From the NCBI GenBank assembly GCA_002104905.1, contig MCFE01000464.1:6633-70632 (forward strand): a stretch of DNA of 64,000 bases. Direction: 5' to 3'. Position numbers and translations under genes: made by a program. Below are positions 27,650 through 43,790 of the stretch, one piece after another. The stretch is from Basidiobolus meristosporus CBS 931.73 (lineage: Eukaryota; Fungi; Basidiobolomycota). The notes beneath the pieces are model-generated. The model made no database searches and was not told the origin of the DNA. It saw nothing but the letters and a program-made list of their open reading frames with translations. Position 1 is the first letter of the stretch. The number at the start of each line of letters is the position of its first letter.

Positions 27650-28264
27650 ATGGCTGAAGAACAAACTTTGAATCCCAATCTTTGCTACAATCTTACTTAT
27701 TTCAAAGGTACGTATGGAATATGTGTATGCCCGGCGGATTCTCCACTTACAGGTTGCTTTTGTTAGATCTGATGAAGGGTCTTCGTAAGATTGATGACAA
27801 CATCATGCTTCAGATGAATACCACCAACATCCACTCTGAGGATTCATGCGCCACTTTCTTCGGCCAGCTTTCCGAGGCCTATAAGAAGCGGGAGCATACC
27901 ATTCAGTATTGTTTGAAGGTATATTTCAAAGAAGCTCGTAACCAGATTGCGTTTTAGTAACTTGGCCTAGGTTATGGACGAAGAGCTGGCTATGAAGCAA
28001 AAGGAATTGCACGATGACCCTGATGACTATGACGTTCGTGATAGTATTTATACTACAGAATCTCAGGTATTGAGGCGAATTTTTGACGAGCAGTCTGTAT
28101 AACCAACCATTTCTAACTTGTATATTCAAAAGCGCCGTATGATCCACAACGAGCTGGTGGTCGAGGATATTGTCCGTGATCGTAGTCTTAAGGTTTTCCG
28201 TGAAAAGTGCAGATCCCACCGTATTCCCAAGGAATTCAAGAAATTCCTGAAGAGAGAAATCTGA
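27650..28264 (+). CDS. MIX23: Mitochondrial intermembrane-space protein Mix23/CCDC58 (Cid2 family); 4 exons
   Basis: Spliced product LCYNLTYFKDLMKGLRKIDDNIMLQMNTT...SCATFF...REHTIQYCL...NELVVEDIVRDRSLKVFREKC fits the Cid2/CCDC58 Cys pattern. Confidence 0.85.
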
Positions 28265-30330
28265 TATGCTCGGGCAACGGTATCGCTAGACAAGTCCAAA
28301 TCAACCATTCTACCTCCATTCTGCATTTAGTCTATGTTTCTCGGTGTTTAGCAATCCAATTGTTATAAAAATCATCTTCCTACCTCTGGTTACCATACAA
28401 ATCTTATATGACTTAACCATCAATACCCAGATCGGCATTCTATGGATCGTTCGGAGTTGTACGAGAAAATAAAAGGAAACCACCCGAACGTAGATGGTCC
28501 ATGTAGCGGCGATTGGTCAAAGCAACACTGCGGGCGGTTGAGATACTTATTAAAGCTATGGCCACAGGACAGATCTGTATCATGATTGTTGTGGACAAGG
28601 TGCCAATGGTAGTGAGTGCATCAATGGCTCCATTTCGAGGATTCTGGAGAACCTGTCTAGATAATCAAGGATAAAGTGATTGATCAGATCAGTAGTGTTT
28701 CGTGGCGATGCAAAGCAGGGAAGGAATCAATCTTCTGACGAAGTGTTCGGTAGTATCGTTGCCCTATCAGGAATTACAAGTGGATTTAAGCCATCTTCCA
28801 GAAATTCCACGAATTTCATGCAGCAACGAACGCAGGTCAGAGAAATCCAAGTTGATGCATGCCCTGTTTGGGTAGGCTCCCACGATCATTGATAGACGAA
28901 TAGGTTGCACTTTCATGCATGTACGCTTCGTCAGATTGAGAAAATCAAGATCATGCTATGTGCCCAATCGCAGGGCCATCATTGCTTTTTGATGAGATCA
29001 TTGCTCGCAGAAGACCAATGTAGAAATTTTGGGTTGTGCATATACCATCAATGTCGTTCTAACCACTAGAAGGACTCACGGTGCCGAAGTCCAGGTGAAC
29101 CAACTGCCGGATAAGCTTCTAGAATTACGTGTCCCCCTATGGTAGTGAATTTCCCTTGGAGAGGCCGGCAAAGAGAAGTCCTGCAAGCCACCCTGAATCG
29201 CGAAGACTGGCTCCCATGTAACGAAGGATGATTACGTCCACAGTGGATTGTAGCAGCCCGTTACAGGCTGGGATACAATTGGCGTATTCAGCTGCGAAAC
29301 AAATAGACATCATGATTCTCCCTGATATCATGCCAAGAGGCTTACCATTTCAAATCAATCCCTATACGTGACAGCAAAATTCCAAGCCCGATGTAAACAG
29401 CCTAGAGTGATAGCCAGTCACCAGAAGTCACTTGGGCAATTTATGAGGCGCGCTATTTCTTTGGGGACTGGGACCAAGTGAATTAATTCCCAATTCGCCA
29501 CAGACCTCTCGATTGACAGGAAATCGAGCTCTTGAGCAAAGGGCAAACAGACAGTAGTCCAAACATTCAACATCGAGGCTGTGGATGAAAGTGACATTCA
29601 AAACCTTCTACACCTGACCTGATCCCACCATCCAAAAAGGTGACTGATGCTGGAGCAATCATGTAGGTGATTGGCCGACAAGCGCGCTATTCCACTATTG
29701 AATAAGGTTGTAAACTTAAGCCTGTCATGCTCTTGTGTGTCGTAGCATCAGCCTTACCAGGCATTGCTGGATTGGATTACTCAAGGGCCTAATGTTGCGG
29801 TCATTCTCCCGTAATACCAAAAGTTGATGCATTGAAGAGGTAATCGTACTTGGCATGTAGATCCGGTGGGTGTGTAATGGTGATCAAAAATGGCACCTCT
29901 CCAGCCAGAATCCGTTGCAACACTAATGGGAGAGCCACTCATGATTTTTGGTTTGTTTTGACTGGTGGAGCACTTTATATCCATGGCCCGAATGAGTGAT
30001 GTGAAGTGCAGAGGAAAACTTCTACAAATGGTAAGCGATCATGTAGAAGTGAAGAAAAAGTTGACTAGCTATTGTATGATTCAAATTCTTCGTAGGTTTT
30101 ACATTTACATCAACATCACTCTCCCTATTTGGTTCTATCTAGAAATTTATGAACTCGTGTACTTGATTCTCCTTTGGGAATCCGTCTTATATAAAGCCAA
30201 GGCGTACGGGTGATCGCCTAAATACAAGCACTAAGCCATTGCCTAAACTTTGTCCATCCCGCGGTTCATTGCCTCCGTTAGATAGAGCCTCATCCCTTGC
30301 GACAAACAAGACTCCACACCCCAAGCACAC

Positions 30331-32040
<1,710 letters not shown>

Positions 32041-32724
32041 CCCCCATATCTGTACACTCTATAATAGCCAAAATTTTGTTCTGTATATATTTTTCGAGCA
32101 CGTATATACACTTATGTCTACGTTCTCTAGGATTAGATTTATCACGACATGTAAATAGCTGGCTTATTTAACGCAACTCCAGCCTAATAAACAAGTAAAT
32201 GAACAGAATCTGGCTGATCGGATCATTGATAGCCTATTGGTGTCACTTGGCATTGTGTACAAGGACAGGGCTGTATTAGTATCAAGCATTCTCCCCGATC
32301 AGGCTAGTGGAGAAATGCTGACAATCTCGCAGGCACGAAAGCTCACGCGATTGCCTATTCCTGAAAAGCTGCCCTACAGAGAGGGAACAATCACCTTCGC
32401 CCATGCTAGGGACATTCATTAAGCAGAGCGCTGTGACTAATACATTTTCCGCGTGCTCAACGTGGGTAAGACCAATCAAGCCGCTGTATCTGAAGTAGGG
32501 TTGAAGGTTCATGTCCTTGTGTAGAATACATACTCTCATCAATCATGTATGAAAATCCTCATACGAGTGTGGATGACCTACTCGCATTTGCCACGTTCTC
32601 TATGCCCAAAGTATTCAGGTCAGATCATGTGGGAAGAATTTGATGGAAGATCGAATATCTATTATTGGTTAAAGAGATGATTTAGATATAAGCAGACTAG
32701 GGCTCGAAAATCCAGGTTCTTCAA

Positions 32725-34246
32725 ATGATGTGGAGTTGGTTCATAGCTTCGCATGTGGCACTCTTGAGTGTTAGCTTCGCTCTGGCTGGTCAGCAGCTTC
32801 CCTTTTATACCGAGGATAGTCTGAATGAACAAACTCTGCGACTAAAACACATCTTACATTTGGATGTTCTGCATCAAAACTTGTTCCGTCGTCTGGACCT
32901 CGACAAGGACGACGTTTTTATTGCCGATTACTTACACGAAGACGAAAGAGTGGAGGATTTCGAGGTACTATCCGTCCAGAAGACGAGCAGCTCTCTAAAA
33001 GCTGTCGAGAAACTGTATATGAAGCCACTTATCAAAAACCTCGACCACAAACAACTAGCTGTACCAATGGTGAAAAATGAACGTTGGAGCGAGGAGAAAA
33101 TATGGGTTCCGGATATGGAGGATAAAGAGACTATATTGACCTTGGCAAAAATGACTTACAACACATACTTGGCTCCCAAAACCTCCAAGTGGTATGACTT
33201 GGGCGAACAGTGGCAAACGGTATCTTAACCCTACAATAGCCATTCAGATAGTATTTATACTTACCCAACTGATGAAAAACCTAGAATTCTTCCTTTGGCT
33301 GGGAGAAAGATGGTCTACGCGGTCACGTATTCGGTAATGAAGACAATTCAACGCTTGTTATCGCATTCAAAGGAACCAACGCGGCATTTCTATGGATGGG
33401 TGACGGTGAAACCTCCATGCAGGATAAACTCAATGTTAGTTCTCATTTTGTATTCCTCACCTCTGGTGAAAGTACAGAAGACTGAATATTTTATCGCTAG
33501 GACAATCTCCTCTTTTCGTGTTGCTGTGGCCGCGTGGATCCCACATGGGCTCCAGTGTGTGGATGCTTTATGGGCTCCAATACATGTAATCAAACTTGTG
33601 TGGAGGAGAGCTTAACTGGAAGAAGTCTCTATTATCAGGCAGCTATGGTCCGATCCTATTCTGAGGCAGTTTTTAGTCCAAAAGTTAACATTCCTGGCGA
33701 ATTTACAGAAACTATTCTATGAAGTTGCTGATATGTATCCTACATCGAACATCTGGTTCACCGGGCATTCGCTTGGAGGCTCAATATCTGCTTTGCTAGG
33801 CCTGACATTTGGAATACCTACTGTTACCTTTGAAGCTCCCGGCGAGTTAATGGCTGCCAAACGTCTACATCTTCCCATGCCGCCGGGGGTGGACATGTCA
33901 AAAGTTCCAATCTGGCATCTAGGTCATAACGCAGATCCCATATACACCGGATCATGTACAGTAAGTTGTGAAATAACTCTGGAACCACGTAGACAGCCTA
34001 TCCACCACCTTACTCTAGGGAATTACAAGCTCATGCTACTTTGGAGGGTACGCGATGGAAAGTAAATGCCACACCGGGAAAGCATGCGTGTACGATGTCA
34101 TATCGAAATTCAATTGGAAACAGGATATTCGGTCCCATCGCATCGAAACTGTTATTGAGAAAGTGCTGAAACCTTGGGATAGCGTTGCCCATTGTGAAGT
34201 AGAAAAAGATTGTGTGGATTGTGGGTTATGGAGATATCATGATTAA
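32725..34246 (+). CDS. ATG15: Atg15-like class-3 lipase (autophagic body lysis)
   Basis: N-terminal hydrophobic segment, [32 protein letters not shown]-type Cys motif, WFTGHSLGG nucleophile elbow, [27 protein letters not shown]. Confidence 0.88.
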
Positions 34247-37200
34247 GCGCTCATATATACAGATACCCCAATCGTAATGCTTTATACCCATTGTCCATCC
34301 TACTAGATCTCATGCATCACCATTACATATTCCTCATTCCTCCAAGCTGGTATTAAGTTACCCGGGCGCGTAGCTATGGTTAAGTGAGCTTGGCGCTATC
34401 TATGGGCTTGTTTTCTAACTCGCGCAATGCCAACGGGCCTTGTAGCAACAGAACAGGACTCAATAAAGCCCCAAGGCTGGCGGGTATCGGCAATATTTCA
34501 GGAAGACAGATTGTGTTTTTGCATGTTCCAGTAGTTGGGGCCGGCTCATTTCGATTATCTCACTTTATAGTTCACCTTCATGTCACAATGAGGTGATGAC
34601 TGTAAATTTATTTCAGCAACAATGATTCCATGTGTAGGGGTATGAGAGAACTCGACTGAAACTCGTAATAGCCTGCCTATTACGAACCGGGAGAGTACGA
34701 CGCATCAATGATGACAACACACAGTGTTGTGATGTTGTGGTTGATTTATGCATAAGGTGACCGGTAATTTAGGGAAAACCTCAAATAAGAACGATTGTAT
34801 GATGACTTACCTAGGCTGCAACGAAAAAAGACTCGTGGCTTGTTTATATTGTTGAGAAACATCCTAGTCTCCTTGGTGCCATTACCCCTGAAGACCATAC
34901 AAACATGCATTTGACCATATCTAGCCAATAAGTATTGATGGCAGCGGGAAATAGGATAAGCGAATGCCTGGACAGGGTTCAGCAAAGTTCCCGTAGCCGA
35001 CATTTGGTGCCCACCACCAAGACCACATTGCATATTTCAGACCAACATCCGCCTTCATGTCGCTTGACTGGCTTGCCCCGGTTCGCAATAGATCATGGTG
35101 CTTACCAAGGAACTTGATCCTGTCCATGCATGTGGCATTCTTTCAAACTCCATGTTGCTTGCCAATTGCCATATGTGTGAGGAAATTCTGCAAACATGGT
35201 GAGATTAGATCGTGATGACTACCGAGAGTCTCGGTTTGGCAAAACCTCATCAGTGGATGACTGGAATGAAACGAATTTCAAGTATTTTCCTCCCAGTCAC
35301 GCATACCACTACAGTGACCCTACGTTCCAAAGAATCATACCTGACTCCATCCAAGCCGCCCTGCCAATCAAACCGGCGGTCTCTAATCGGCTACCCAGAC
35401 TTCCATGATTTCGCCCTCATTATATCGGATAGCTGAGAATGAGCTGGATTTGGCCTTGGAACATAGCGGAGAGTCATCAATGCATCTTGTTGCCAGGTTT
35501 GTACAAAAAGGCAGTCTCACCCAGAATAACGCAATTGGGGCACGCACGAAGCTGATTAGTGCAGAATTACCTAATCTGCACAACTATTACATAAAAGTGA
35601 AGACCGAATTATTACCGTTTCGTGCAAAACTAAGCGCTATGGATAGATTAGAATTCGGGCTCATACATTGTGTCTTACTAAGCCCAATCAAAAGGCCTAC
35701 TGGATGGTCCTAACTCTTAATCTGGTTTCATCATGCCAGATACATGGAAGATATCTACAATCAATACAATCTAGGCAATCCTCTACTGATCCTTTCTATT
35801 GCCAATGCTCACCACGGGCTAAGGATCTAGCAGCCAATTCAGCCAACGACATTGGTGACTTCACCCACCTGGTTGAACAAATTTCATATTTAAGAGATGG
35901 GAGGTACGAGTTGGTGTAATCATTACTTGCTACGCTTCATTGCCACAGCAACCCTCTGAATAGTAGACTACTGGAGCTCAACACCACTGCGATCATGGAG
36001 CAATATACTTGTTTATCCGAATATCCTCATCACCAGTTTGTGTCCGATCTCTTCACAGACTACCGAAACACCCATCTTCTACAGAAGGGAAACATGCCTG
36101 CCTTCAGCGTTGATGCGCATTTCCCCTCTGACAAGCCAGAGTTTCTTACATTTCCGCGAAGACACTCCCATCGCTTGAGCATCACTAAGCTTGAGCCGAT
36201 CTACGAGGATCCTAGAGAATAACTGTTTATACCTTCACTCACATTAAATGACTAGCAGATGAGAATGCTTGTTCACTTGACCCTGTACATAGATCTTCAA
36301 ACTGCCGCAGTGCTTGCCTGAATTTATTTGACAATAAACCCGTGGACTTTCATGCAGTAAACTTGCATCTGATCCTCTCTGTCAGTTTTAGGCTTTGGAA
36401 TACTGTGTTCTGGCCGTGCTCACTTGAGATGTTACAGAGGCTACGATCGGACTGCATCATCAAGACTACCGGAACTTCGTCGTTTGTAAACACCGATGGA
36501 TTCGCAGTAGGTTGGCACATGTATTCCCTTGAGCGATAGTAGATTATCTCTGATATGCTTACGCCCGCCCATAGTTTCAACATGAAGGATCCTCTTCCCT
36601 CCAATGGCGCCGCCACCCGAAGATGTTGCAATAGGCTTAAATTGGGTATTGAGCCCGATGCAGAAGTAAATGACCAATCTACTCAAATCGGCATGTGCAA
36701 GAGATGTATACATCAGATATTAGGCTGAGACCGTTTGGGATAGGGAAGTAGTTCCATCAAGCCAGTGGTTTGCAGAGATGGTGTCTCTATAGAGTACGGC
36801 TGGCCATTTGATTCGAGCTGCTTGCCAAGTGGCAAAACCAAGCCAAGTCACATCGCGATGGAATTTTCGAAGAGATCCCTGGCTGGTAGATGCGAGGTGC
36901 CAAGCGACACAGGCGCTTAGATCAGGGATTTCCACATGGTGCCAATCATAACCATGAATCAAATCAACGCAGATGCTAGGATGCTTGTGCTATGAGGCAT
37001 ATCTATTGCAAATTTCTGTGTTGCCACCACGATGCTTACAGATTAGTGCCTTCCCATAATCAATGTCGAAATATTGTACCAAAATGTGTGATCCAGGCAA
37101 TGAAATTCCATCGACAAAATCATCTGTCTGCTCGATCTAGGTTGGCACAATAACACAACCCCAAAATCTGTAATGCTGAGACGGCCGAGCAGCCAACATC

Positions 37201-40200
37201 ATCCTTATATCCATCCACGCCCGCCTGGATGGGTTTCTATTTGTGGGATGCAGCTCTTGGGATACAGAATTGCATATAGGTGCCGATTACCGATTGCGCT
37301 CGGAGTTGAAGATCATATTTCAGTGATGTGGGGGCTGCTACTTTATCCTTGTTACCAGATATGATTCATGGGTTTCACAGATGTCTTGTCATAAGGAACC
37401 GAGTAGCGTGGCTAGTTCGCCGCTTCCCTGGACATTTGGCTATCCATGTGTCGTTGTAGCACCACAGCCCTACATTCATCGCGCAATATGCCAAAACTGC
37501 ATACGATTTTCAAGCGAAGCACACCATACAAATGGGGTGAGGCGTGTGGATCAGACATATATAAGGCATGTCCGCAGGAGGGGCTCGACCATCCTCAGAA
37601 ATATAGCGCAATAATCGTTTATACACCTCAAGATCCCACTTAATTAAAGAGCTGACCTAACCGTAATGCTGCTCGTTAACCGAACTAAGCTGTCTAACCG
37701 TACAAATAATGCATCATCTAATACTCCCCACAATCGGCACCGCAATAACCCCCGCAGGTAATACCAGACATACGCAGTTGACCATGGCCCCAAGTCACTA
37801 ACTGGAGCTATTCTCCTCATCGAAGTCCACACAAGAAACGGCTTCTTCGCAGCCTCCGGTGCCCAGTGATTGGTGTACAGAGAAAATCCCCTCACTGTGC
37901 TACTCCCCCGACTCAATACCTAAAATCCAGAGCAAGCGCACTGTGCAAGAAGAGGAGCCGCGGTACTAAGTCGCCTACTTATGCACTCTGTGGCTCTGTG
38001 ACCCTGAAAGGTAGCCCCCATTGCATATAATGATCGACCTCATTCTGATCGAAAGTGTGTCTCAGGCTGTGTAAAACCCCACCGGGGCTCATCTCAACCA
38101 GGGCATCAGACACCATCAGCTTCGTGTAGATCCAGTCGCGGAGTTAATGTCACCGCCTTGCCAGCTGATGGTTTCACATTTACAAAAATCAAACCAACAG
38201 AAATCTCTAACGTTTCATTACTCTCTCATATGATACAGACACGACCAAGGTCAGTGTTGGAGAGAAATGCCGAACGTCGCCGTTTACTAAAAGCAATGCG
38301 TAGACATTCGGTTGGTATGTCCGAGGTTGGCTTCGAGTTCCCTGCTCTTTCCAGGTCGACTTATCATGGCTCTGGAGTAGGAACCAACCATGCCCTTACA
38401 TACATCAGAATGAGCAACACGCATCTACATCTGAACACGTACTTCGAGTCCGGCATTAATGTTTGGTAAATGTATATGACTATTTCGAAGTTTCATGTAT
38501 ACCATCACATTGTTTATAACATCAATGCTTCGTCGACCGTAAGCTTAGTCTTCATTCTTTTGGTTAATACTTGCTATTTTAACTTCACCTTGTATATAAA
38601 CAGTCCATTATCAACTACTCAATCATTCCACATTTGAAGTGCGTAAACCATGAACATACCCACACTGTCCAAGGGTGAGTCAGTATACAACAGCATCGCT
38701 CCAATGACTGCTATAAGTTGATTATTTCCCGTGAGGGGAAGCTAGGCTGTATGTTCTCCAATAAACAGCGATGGCTCTAATTGTTGGCTGAAGTGGTTTA
38801 GCTTTCACATGCTGGCCAGAGCATGTTCCTTATTAAGCTGTATAGTTTCCAAGAGATACCAGTTGTGAGATCGAATTCGAACATCTAACCTCCACTGATT
38901 CATTTCTTGGAATTCTTGTGACTGTGCCTCGACATAAATACATGCGTTAGGTGACCTCTATAAGGAAACGACCGAAACTTACACATCTACCTCATATGTG
39001 ACGTTCTGAAACATTGGATCTTTGCATGGAAGTTAAACCAACTTGGCAGGAGTCGTATCGAATATTTTCAAATTCATCCCAAACATCCCCTACCTCGACA
39101 AGCCGGTTTGGTCTTGTAGTGATGTGCCGACTAGCCGAATTACCAGTATCATATTTTGCTGGTACTTAGTATCAAGCTCAGCCGGAAATGCTATTTGGCT
39201 CATACGCATACAGCCGCTTAACAAACATCTACCGAATGGTCTGTTGGAGTAAGCATATCAAGCACTGCATTTTTGTGGAATGCGTTGGTGCTATGAGCCA
39301 GCCTGTATTGATACGAAGCTACTATGATGCATGGTATGCATTGCATATCTCTATTGTTTCTAATCTTTAGTCTATCTTTTTCCTTTTGTCTCTCGTAGTG
39401 TAGTCATGCGCCTTGCACATTTGCATAATAGCCAAGTTCGCCAGTTTCCTGATTAGTACCAAAAAGGGTGGTGTAACGCATATGGTAAGTACTCAGCGGG
39501 GCCTATGCCGTGCTCTAGTCGCCCACATCCTCCCAAGATATGTAAAATCCAACACTGTACGCTAATAAGTGTCCCACAGTAATCCTCGATATTTTAGTGG
39601 CTATTTGGGATGATGCTTTCATGGTTGTTACCGGATTGGAGATTGCTGCAGCAAGAGTAGTTTCACTGCTTAATTTGGCTATTTCCTACTCTGCGGAAAA
39701 GAACCGGCTTTTAAGAGAGCCAGTCCTCTCTTTATTTACCTGCTCCGGTGTTTCAAGAAAGGTATAGACTTTGGTGTTTGTTTTCTATGTTGAGAATACT
39801 GCTCAATACTTTTGTATAATCCCTTGATAGCCAGGGGCAATGGGTTGTATATTTGGATGTTGTTGAGAACCAGCCCTCAGGAGAGTTCATAGGACATCAG
39901 GAACCCTCGAGGCCTTGGGTTTCCTGAGCCCGGGCATTTGGGCGGGTCTAAGGATTTTCGAATGATCATATCCGCGTCATCGTCATATATGTGCATCAAA
40001 GCAGATGCTAGATAAGATGTAACCTGCATTTATGGTTATGAATTGCGATGTCATAATGTCAAAGATGCCGTGACTAAATTTAGGTACCCGTCCAGTATTC
40101 GAGCCTGTTGTGGTACTCGAAAGCAAACCTGCCATACGCGGGCCTCAGTTTTCTTGATACTAATGAACTCTGGTAAGCCTCGCCTGAATCGTTACAAAAT

Positions 40201-40489
40201 CCAAGGACCATTGAGTTTTAGGGATATTTATAGTTTGGTACGCAATGAGCGAGAACAGTCGTCAAAGGGAATCCCAGTTGGAGGATTATGAGTAATGTAG
40301 ATGAATATCCTAACCAAAAATTTACATAAGGGTGTGTTTGTGGATTAGAAACATCGACATTTCTGTACGAGTTGATGCTATAATCTTATATATGCAACGA
40401 TATTTAGAACTTAGTGTCCAGCCAAGTAGATTTACCGAGTCATTCAAGGAACATTCGTTGGTAGAAATGTGTGATGCTATTAAGGGTCC

Positions 40490-42067
40490 TCATTTAGATA
40501 TTAAGAAGGTTGGCTCATACGAAAAGGCGCGCCTATGCCCATAATTTTGCTTTTCACAATTTGCCTCTATGATTTTTGGCGATGGCATAATGGGTGGCTT
40601 GGCAGCGTTTAAACTCGACCCAAGCAATGCGCACCCTTCTCCGGACAGCCTGCTGTGTAGGCTTTCTACATGAGTACTATGGCGAATTGAACTCATGCTC
40701 TGTGACGATTGTCGTCTGGAGGCCTTCTATGTGAATATAGTAAGAAAATAGATGAGTTACTTGATGCATACTAGTGCAAAAGAATAAGCACTTACCTCCA
40801 TGGATTCCAATCGAGCCGGAGTAAGGGAAAGCTTTATTGTCTGGTTAGAGTTGAGGAGCATGTCGAAATCAACCATTTTTTGTTGGCGTTGCTAGCGATA
40901 CAAATTTAGTAGATGTCAGCAACACTGAGTGCAAACTAGGGTTCACCTGTGGGGTTTGTTTTGCGGGCTTAGCTGTGGCTTCGTGAAGATCTTCTGTGGC
41001 TCTAGGATTGAAATGGTGTTGATCGGAAGAATGATGCGACTAAACGTGCGTTAGAATTGACTCTCAAAATAAACGGAAAGGTTCCATACTATATGGACGT
41101 TATCACGAATGCTTCTTAAAATCTTGCCCAAACCCTTGCTTTTTGTATCCATTTGAACAGATTCGGGGAGCTCCGAGGCAAGATTCTCAAGCGTGGACCC
41201 TACGAGAGCAACGAGGTATAAGGTTGTATTCATTTGGAGAGTGGAAGGTAATGCTTACTTTTTGACGGGGCCGATGATGACCGTAGTCGGCCTATTCTTT
41301 CTGTAGAACTCAGCTTCGATTTTTCGAGATACTCCTTTATCAAAAATGGCTCGTTATGGCACACTCATTACAGACTGTATGCTGCTGTATTTCGCTTACT
41401 TCCAAACGTCTTTTGGTTCTCATCCGAGAAAACATCCCCTTTAGCTGGTCATCCTGACACAGTGTTTTATAAAGATCCTCGGTGCTTAAAAATTCACCAT
41501 GGCTCTTTCCGGTCATCAGCACCATCGAGTGGACAATGTATTGGCCCAATGTTATGACAACAACCTTCAAGAATTTCCTAACAGATTCGCTCAAGCAGAA
41601 ACTCTCGACTGAGACTAGCTCCAAAGGTTCGTTGGCGCAAACGCCTCGTAAAACATCCAGTATCAATTTATCTTGCCCGGGAAGTCGTAGTTTGGCCGTA
41701 TTTTGAGTACTACTCGGCTGAGCTGTATGTTCGCCTTTCATGACTTTCCTTCCCTCTTCCACACATCGACTGCCTAGAGAGTTGAAGGCAAACTGAAAAG
41801 AGATGGAGGTGCATAGTTGCTCGATATCAACAAGCTCGTAACCGCCGGTACGAACCAGTTGGCTCAGAAACTCATCCAGGAAATAGTTCAACTCGACAAC
41901 AGTATCCCGAGTTAAACCACAGTCTCCAAACTCGGTTGCGTGCGATGCAGCAGAATCAAAGGTCAAGTATGTAATAGCTAAGAGGCAGTTAGTGCTTGAC
42001 GAGTGAATCGTTCCAACCAACTCTTGGTGAATTTACCTTTAGGCTGGTAAAATTCTGTTTCTTTCAT
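40490..42067 (-). CDS. Conserved fungal protein of unknown function with an N-terminal helical (possibly histone-fold-like) domain; 6 exons
   Basis: ATG at 42067. GT-AG introns chain in frame to the TGA at 40490. Motifs VVELNYFLDEFL and VDFDMLLNSNQTIKLSLTPARLESME resemble, from memory, an unnamed fungal family. Confidence 0.7.
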
Positions 42068-43399
42068 GTTTCTATGTACGTATTTGAGATCACCACGACC
42101 AATAAGTTATATAGAAGAATATTTGTGTTGCTATTAGACCGACTAGAGTACGTAAATGTGTAGAAGGAAGACAGCAAATAGTGGAGTCCTTGAAGGGGGT
42201 GTCAAAAGGTACGCAGTGCCGACTGTTTAGATAAGCTAGAAGTGGGAACAAATTCAAATGAAAGCTGCTTATTAAAGGTTTAGTGTTTAGATTCTTCCAA
42301 AATATGGAAACAGTACGGAGGCAGGGTACGTTCCCATATTTCTTCGGTACTACCATCTAAACCAATCGTGCATGTGCATACTGACAATCCCATTATAAAC
42401 TAAACTAGTATAAGCAACGGTTTCGGATTCATTTGTTTTTTCCACACTACAATTAGCGACTTTGATGGTTGCCATTTCCTGAGCATAGCGTGGGTTGATG
42501 TGAGACAAACGGCTATTAAAATGGACGAAGCCACCAATGACTATTTAAAGCCGAGGGCATCTGATCCAATCAGGGCCTCAGGTATTTCTGTTTGCTGTAG
42601 TAACAGCTCGTACTAGTTTCTAATCTGGCTTGTAATATTGAAATCGGGTCAGTTGAAAATCAACTGATAATATGATAACATTAGCCATTATTCTACACCC
42701 TGTAGGAGGGCTGAGCACAGGGAATAGGTGGCACAGTTATGATAGACACTATTAACTGCAAGCGTTGTGTAAAATTGATGTTCATCTTAACAAGTTTGGC
42801 TACTCTTATTCCATTATTGAAATAGCGTATGCAATAATAACGAGCTAACGCATAATAAGGAAAGTGGTGGTAGATATAAACATAAATCCTGATTAGATAT
42901 GGTTTGAAGCATGTGGGTAATCGGGTCCTGGCAATCGGGCTTGGCAGTCAGTCATTGGTACCAGCGACTAGTGAAGGTGGTTTGGTGGTTGATCTAGAGA
43001 TCGTGCTTTCGTTCAATCAAGAAATCAGGTCCCTCTGGTCCTGGGTCCATCCGAATGACATAAGCTGCTACGTATTTATGCAGTCGCCGTACTTGGGAGC
43101 CACATTCCCAAGTGCGTCACAAATCATTAAGCGAGGAAATCATCTGTGGACCAGGCACTGTTTGCAGTTAAGGATCTGGATGGTAGGAACCAATCCGTGC
43201 ATATTGCCCAACCTCACGAGATACTTCATACGTATCCATATCTATTTTAATGCCATCATACCAGTCAAGTCTGATCAGTGTATACTACTGCGACTTGATT
43301 GGCTGATCCTCTAATAATGCCAACTACAATAGATTTCTTGACTATTGCATAATTGAATGCAATGCTGGAGTAATTGAGAGCAGCTAAGCAAGTCTGACC

Positions 43400-43790
43400 C
43401 CCATCCTAGTCGGAATGCGGGACACCTGCAGATGGCCTGCATAGAGAGCTTGTCCATGTATTGCTGATCATGGATTAAGATGAAGTGGAGTGCAGTGATT
43501 CAAGGACCTCTATTTCAGGATATTCCTTTTGTGGGGACATCCCATTATGAACAAATGAACTGTACCAAGCCCAGGGTTGTCTGTCAACATAATGATTGAA
43601 ATAAACTAACCCATTATAGTCTTGAGTCCCTCAGCCAAAATCAAGCAAGACAGTACAATCCATTGTGCACTTAAGGGACTTTCAGCCACAACGCCTCCTC
43701 TAGTGTTCCCTAAGGAAAAATATTAAGAAAAGGCCAGCAGAATCCCGTCACAATATCAGCTGAATTCCAAGATTCTCTAAACTTACAACT
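43400..43790 (-). mobile_element. Highly decayed LTR-retrotransposon integrase-like remnant
   Basis: Stop-riddled frame gives WDVPTKGIS*NRGP*ITA, similar to HGxPxxIISDRGPQFTS. A stretch near 43745-43780 resembles the 59.5 kb repeat in the opposite orientation. Confidence 0.3.

Noticed and set aside
28440-28920. Minus-strand hydrophobic stretch ending ALTNRRY, like a GPCR TM3/DRY motif
   Set aside because: It is a single short match, upstream frames contain stops, and there are no other TM segments in register.
37644-37916. HWAPE...SDLGPWS, reminiscent of kinase subdomains VIII-IX
   Set aside because: No HRD, DFG or glycine-rich loop nearby, and the spacing is wrong.
39460-39480. AAAAAGGGTGG followed by TGTAAC, like a PPT-LTR start
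   Set aside because: No second copy, matching CA end, TSD or retroelement coding sequence was found.
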